The translations under genes and the position numbers were made by a program. From contig NZ_CP066018.1 in the NCBI RefSeq assembly GCF_016127575.1, positions 390,001 through 422,000 on the forward strand: DNA of 32,000 nt, in the 5' to 3' direction. Every line of letters starts with the position of its first letter. Positions within the stretch are counted from its first letter, which is position 1. Source of the stretch: Cupriavidus necator. GTDB taxonomy: Bacteria > Pseudomonadota > Gammaproteobacteria > Burkholderiales > Burkholderiaceae. The notes beneath the pieces were generated by a model that was not told the origin of the DNA, did not search any database, and saw nothing but the letters and a program-made list of their open reading frames with translations. Below, piece after piece: positions 25,617 through 32,000 of this stretch.

Positions 25617-25796
25617 GCAAAAAAGCGTCACCTGTATAACAAAAAACGCTGTACCCGATGCCGCCGGCACCCATGCACCACCCCTCACCGAGCCAAGCCA
25701 GGCGGCACGAATAAAAGCACCAAGACATTAGAAGAACCCGACAGGGACCCAGTACACAACGTTCCAAGCAGGATCAAAAACCACGGAGGTCTAACA

Positions 25797-26864
25797 ATGC
25801 AGAAGCAGTACAAGCCGGCACTAAAGCTGGCGGCAGTAGCGGCTACCCTTTTTTCCGGTGCGGCCATGGCCCAGTCCAGCGTCACGCTGTACGGCCAGGC
25901 TGACATGTTCATCGGCGGCGTCAAGAGCCCGGGTTCGGGCGAGCGCGCATGGGTGGCCAACTCGGGCGGTATGCAGACGTCCTACTGGGGCATCAAGGGC
26001 ACCGAAGACCTGGGCGGCGGCACCAAGGCCATCTTCGACCTGAACGGGTTCTTCCGCACGGACAGCGGCAACAGCGGCCGCTTCACCGGCGACTCGATGT
26101 TCAGCCGCAACGCGTACGTCGGCCTGCAGAATGACAAGCTGGGTACGTTGAAGCTGGGCCGCAACACCACCCCGTACTTCATCTCGACCATCCTGTTCAA
26201 CCCGCTGGTCGACTCGTACGTGTTCTCGCCGACCATCTTCCACACCTACTTCGGTGCGGCCAGCAACGGCGTGGTGGATCCGGGCATCATCGGCGACTCG
26301 GGCTGGAGCAACTCGGTGCTGTACTCCACCCCGAACTTCGGCGGCCTGAGCGCGAACCTGATCTACTCGGCAGGCGAGAAGGCAGGTGCTGCGGGCCAGA
26401 ACAAATGGGGCGGCAACCTGATGTACTTCAACGGGCCGTTCGCCGCGACCGTCGCGTTCCAGCAGGTCCGCTTCAACGCGGTTCCGGACGACCTGTCGGT
26501 AGCAGGCCTGAGCCGCCAGGACGCTGTGCTGGGCGGCATCACATACGACTTCAAGGTGGTCAAGCTGTTCGCCCAGGGCCAGTACATCAAGACCAAGGCC
26601 AGCACGGCCGCCAGCGGCGACATCAAGCACACCAACGGTCAGGTCGGGGCCTCGGTGCCGGTCGGTGCCGGCAGCGTACTGGCGTCCTACGCCTATGGCA
26701 AGACCGAGAACGCGATCGGTGACTTCAAGCGCAACACGTTTGCCGTCGCCTACGACTACAACCTGTCCAAGCGCACCGACGTCTACGCCGCCTACTACTA
26801 CGACAAGATCACCGGCATCGAGCACGGCGATACCTTCGGCGTGGGCATGCGTCACAAGTTCTGA
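25797..26864 (+). CDS. outer-membrane general-porin-family protein (Burkholderiales OmpC/Omp38-like)
   Basis: Signal peptide ..ATLFSGAAMA/QSSVTLYGQAD, alternating beta-strand pattern, YVGL, LKLGR, and the C-terminal ..FGVGMRHKF aromatic terminus. ACGGAGG RBS. Confidence 0.9.
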   Translation: MQKQYKPALKLAAVAATLFSGAAMAQSSVTLYGQADMFIGGVKSPGSGERAWVANSGGMQTSYWGIKGTEDLGGGTKAIFDLNGFFRTDSGNSGRFTGDSMFSRNAYVGLQNDKLGTLKLGRNTTPYFISTILFNPLVDSYVFSPTIFHTYFGAASNGVVDPGIIGDSGWSNSVLYSTPNFGGLSANLIYSAGEKAGAAGQNKWGGNLMYFNGPFAATVAFQQVRFNAVPDDLSVAGLSRQDAVLGGITYDFKVVKLFAQGQYIKTKASTAASGDIKHTNGQVGASVPVGAGSVLASYAYGKTENAIGDFKRNTFAVAYDYNLSKRTDVYAAYYYDKITGIEHGDTFGVGMRHKF

Positions 26865-26893
26865 TGACGTAACCGCCTCACCGGCAGTCCTGG

Positions 26894-26918
26894 AGCCCGC
26901 CCTTCCGGCGGGCTTTTT
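26894..26918 (+). terminator. intrinsic terminator after the porin gene
   Basis: AGCCCGCC (26894-26901), loop CTTCC, GGCGGGCT (26907-26914) running into TTTTT (26914-26918). Confidence 0.75.
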
Positions 26919-27104
26919 CATTGCCGCGTTGACATCACACTGCGCCGAAATTAGGCGCCAGAATGCTGCGCCGCGCCATCCCATGCCGTCGGGCAGTATG
27001 GATCGGAAGCCGGTATTTCATAGGTGGATTCAATTGGAAGCGCTCTTTGACGCTTCCTAGATTGGTGATCCGGACCTCAAAAACGACATTGAGAGAGGTG
27101 ATTC

Positions 27105-27350
27105 ATGCGGCGATACCCGAAGACCCGTTCCGAACTGATGGCCATCCTGAACCAGTGCCTCGACAACAACCCCGAGTGCGGCGAATGCGAACTGCACGCG
27201 GTGCGAATGCACCAGCCTGACCATACCGGATGCAACTGGAGCGCCGAGGTCGATTTCCCGCAAGAATCCGTCGACAACCTGGGCACGCAGCTCGCCGCGG
27301 CCAAGTCGATCATTGTCGTGATGCGCGAGCAGTACAACGTGCTGCAATAG
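27105..27350 (+). CDS. small hypothetical protein (81 aa) with CxxC plus two further Cys
   Basis: GAGAGAGG RBS lies 6 nt upstream of the ATG. GC3-rich codons are consistent with host usage. Cys at residues 18, 25, 28 and 43 (NQC..ECGEC..GCNW). No family recognised. It is bracketed by terminators on both sides. Confidence 0.6.
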   Translation: MRRYPKTRSELMAILNQCLDNNPECGECELHAVRMHQPDHTGCNWSAEVDFPQESVDNLGTQLAAAKSIIVVMREQYNVLQ

Positions 27351-27401
27351 CCACCGATCCCGCAGCGCGCCGTGCGCGCTTGCCGCGGGGCAGCATCAAA
27401 G

Positions 27402-27431
27402 AAAAAGCCGGGTCACCAGACCCGGCTTTTT
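27402..27431. terminator. bidirectional intrinsic terminator between the small ORF and maeB
   Basis: AAAAA-GCCGGGTC-ACCA-GACCCGGC-TTTTT: a perfect 8-bp stem flanked by A5 and T5, between convergent genes. Confidence 0.8.
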
Positions 27432-27456
27432 GCATTGGCTCACGCCCGTCAGGACA

Positions 27457-29778
<2,322 letters not shown>

Positions 29779-30120
29779 TGGCTCGTCCGGAAAATGGCCC
29801 GGACCGGAAGCGCCCCTCTCCCCGCCAAGATCCGGCTCAGCCCCGATCGAGAAATCTCAGGATACGGGCCGGCAGCGAAGGACAACGCCTGGCAGCGATA
29901 CTGGCGATCCCGGCAGACAGGCCGGAAAAATCGAGCAACCATTCTAGCCCACGTGTCCGCGCAAAGTACCACCAGAGCCCGCCTGCAGGCCGCTTTTTGG
30001 GTGGATTATTCCAGTTAAACAGCTTTTACCATTGCGTATGCAATACAGGTGCAGACGCATGCCCGTGCATGCATCCGCACGCATCGCCTGGCCGGGACCG
30101 CGCGGCCGGCCCCGGCGACC

Positions 30121-30822
30121 CTACTTTGCGTCCTTCTCGACCTCGAGCGTCACCCGGCGCGGACGGCCGCTCTCGGCCGGGAAGTCGGTAAAGGCGCTGC
30201 GGATCAGGTAGGGCATGACCGCAGGCAGGCTGCCGTTCTCGGTCTGGTTCTGCGCGGTGACCTGGTAGACCCGCTTGCCGCTGGCCGCATCCCTGAAATA
30301 CACCCGCAGGCTGGAGAACGTCACCGAAATGTCGCGCACCACGGTCTGCGGCGGCCAGTAGCCCGGGCCCCATGGGCCCCACGGACCCCAGGGCCCGTAC
30401 GGGCGGTAGTAGCCAGGCCCCCAGTACGGGCCCCACGGGCCGTACCACGGGTCCGGGTAGACGGTCTCGGCCACGCGCACGATGCCGGGCGCGGCATCGA
30501 AATCCATGCTGACGCGATAGCGCGCCTGTTTCGCCGGCACCTGCTCGAAGCCGATCCCCGCCAGCGCCGTGGCCAGCCACTGCTCATAGGTCTGGCGGTC
30601 CAGCTGCGCCGCCTGCTCGGCGCTGCGCTCGAAGCTGTAGGTGCGCGGCGCATCGTTCTGCCAGCCGGGCTGGCGGAACGCCGTGACATCGGTCACCACG
30701 GTGCTGGCGCACCCCGACAGCAGCAGCGCCGCCAGCAACGCCATCGCCCCCCAACACCCGCGCGGCCCCGGCCACGCGCCTGCCGCTCCTGCATTGCCGA
30801 CACCGCCTGCGCGCTGCCACAT
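30121..30822 (-). CDS. putative lipoprotein (DUF4136-like) with an internal Trp/Tyr-Gly-Pro repeat insert
   Basis: Lipobox LLLSGC. A GAGG RBS lies 7 nt upstream of ATG 30822. The start is uncertain because the signal region would be unusually long. The C-terminal half FSSLRVYFRDAASGKRVYQVTA.. resembles DUF4136. The repeat YPDPWYGPWGPYWGPGYYRPYGPWGPWGPWGPGYWPPQ is encoded at 30346-30459. Confidence 0.7.
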   Translation of the reverse strand: MWQRAGGVGNAGAAGAWPGPRGCWGAMALLAALLLSGCASTVVTDVTAFRQPGWQNDAPRTYSFERSAEQAAQLDRQTYEQWLATALAGIGFEQVPAKQARYRVSMDFDAAPGIVRVAETVYPDPWYGPWGPYWGPGYYRPYGPWGPWGPWGPGYWPPQTVVRDISVTFSSLRVYFRDAASGKRVYQVTAQNQTENGSLPAVMPYLIRSAFTDFPAESGRPRRVTLEVEKDAK

Positions 30823-31026
30823 AGTGCTACCTCGCTTTCCTCTGAATACCCACGTGTCTCTGAGACCACGCCGCCGGCGCGGAATTCCCCGCAGCATGCC
30901 GATGCCGTGCCGCGCCGGGCCGCGCCCCGACCCCTTGGCTACAATGAGGACTTCAGCGCCATGCTTCGCTGCCGCGCGCATGGCCCGCCCCCTTTCCTAA
31001 CGGTCTTCCGAAGACAGGATCTTTCC

Positions 31027-32000
31027 ATGCTGCGCACCGACACGCCCGTTACCGTCTATCGCAAAGACTATACCCCGCCGCCGTTCGCCATCGACCACGC
31101 CGAACTGGTGCTGGACCTCGATCCCCAGCGCACCTTGGTCACCAGCACGCTGCGCTTCGCGCGCCAGGCCGGCGCGCCCGACGCACCGCTGGTGCTGGCC
31201 GGCGAGGAACTCGAACTGATCGGCGTCAGCCTGGACGGCAAGCCGGTCGCCGACGCGACCCAGGATGCCGGCACGCTGACCATCCCCGGCCTGCCGGCGC
31301 AGGGCACGCTGGAGATCACCACCGCTTGCCAGCCCGCGGCCAATACCACGCTGTCGGGCCTGTATGTGTCCAACGGCAACTTCTTCACCCAGTGCGAAGC
31401 CGAGGGCTTCCGCCGCATCACCTACTTCCTGGACCGCCCCGACGTGATGGCGACCTACCGCGTCACGCTGCGCGCCGACCGCGCCGCCTATCCGGTGCTG
31501 CTGTCCAACGGCAACCTGGTGGGCCAGCGCGAACTGCCCGACGGCCGCCATGAAGCCGTATGGGAAGACCCGTTCCGCAAGCCGGCCTACCTGTTCGCGC
31601 TGGTCGCGGGCAAGCTCGAATGCATCGAGGAACGGATCCAGTCCGCCTCCGGCAAGGACAAGCTGCTGCAGGTCTGGGTCGAGGCGCGCGACCTCGACAA
31701 GACCCGCCACGCCATGGATTCGCTGATCCATTCGATCCGCTGGGACGAGCGCCGCTTCGGGCTGGAACTGGACCTGGACCGCTTCATGATCGTCGCCGTG
31801 GGCGACTTCAACATGGGCGCGATGGAGAACAAGGGCCTGAACATCTTCAACACCAAGTACGTGCTGGCCAACGCGCAGACCGCCACCGACACCGACTTCG
31901 CCAATATCGAGGCGGTGGTCGGCCACGAGTACTTCCACAACTGGACCGGCAACCGCGTGACCTGCCGCGACTGGTTCCAGCTTTCGCTCAAGGAAGGCCT
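31027..32000 (+). CDS. pepN: aminopeptidase N (M1 family), 5' partial, continues beyond the window
   Basis: [42 protein letters not shown] and [26 protein letters not shown] (GAMEN and HExxH motifs). Open to the window edge, hence missing from the ORF track. Confidence 0.95.
   Translation, partial: [324 protein letters not shown]

Noticed and set aside
29981-29998. GCCTGCAGGC palindrome followed by T5, considered as a terminator or sRNA 3' end in the maeB/lipoprotein intergenic region
   Set aside because: As a hairpin it can form only a 3-bp stem around a 4-nt loop. No upstream + strand transcript or promoter is evident. It is too weak to call.
30346-30459. Imperfect short-period GGGCCC-rich DNA repeats, considered as a non-coding tandem repeat or CRISPR-like array
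   Set aside because: The repeats are in frame inside a well-supported lipoprotein ORF and encode the W/Y-G-P tract. There is no repeat-spacer organisation.

Overview
By eye the window is about two-thirds G+C, gene-dense and chromosomal. Its gene content and protein sequences look Burkholderiales-like (Cupriavidus/Ralstonia type); that taxon call is an inference. I found no rRNA, tRNA, CRISPR array, transposase, integrase or phage gene, and nothing resembling a defence island.

The centre, about 9.8-26.9 kb, is a purine-base catabolism supercluster:
- xdhA-xdhB-xdhC, Pa0148-type adenine deaminase and guanine deaminase on the + strand.
- A divergent uraH-puuD pair (5-hydroxyisourate hydrolase plus membrane cytochrome-c urate hydroxylase).
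- A GntR/FCD regulator, an NCS2 nucleobase permease, puuE allantoinase overlapping uraD (OHCU decarboxylase), and a porin.
- The cluster is split by an unrelated insert: a membrane di-iron desaturase-like gene and a yybP-ykoY (Mn2+) riboswitch driving a UPF0016/GDT1 exporter. The ORF track cannot show the riboswitch.

The left third carries:
- dgkA.
- A TetR-LOG pair with a 4-nt overlap.
- A minus-strand block of DUF4126, a double-FtsX YbbP-like ABC permease with no ATPase gene, a group II truncated haemoglobin and DUF924.
- A ModE-HTH/PBP regulator divergent from an orphan TupA-like oxyanion-binding protein.
- A LysR regulator divergent from xdhA.

The right end carries an isolated small Cys-containing ORF bracketed by terminators, maeB, a DUF4136-type lipoprotein with a Trp/Tyr-Gly-Pro repeat insert, and the 5' part of pepN.

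The very long ORFs antisense to real genes (1111, 1081 and 862 aa) are high-GC artefacts. I see no clear-cut novel multi-gene system. The leads most worth follow-up are the orphan TupA/ModE-like pair beside the molybdoenzyme operon, the ATPase-less YbbP/haemoglobin/DUF924 block, the palindrome-rich purine control regions, and the riboswitch module.
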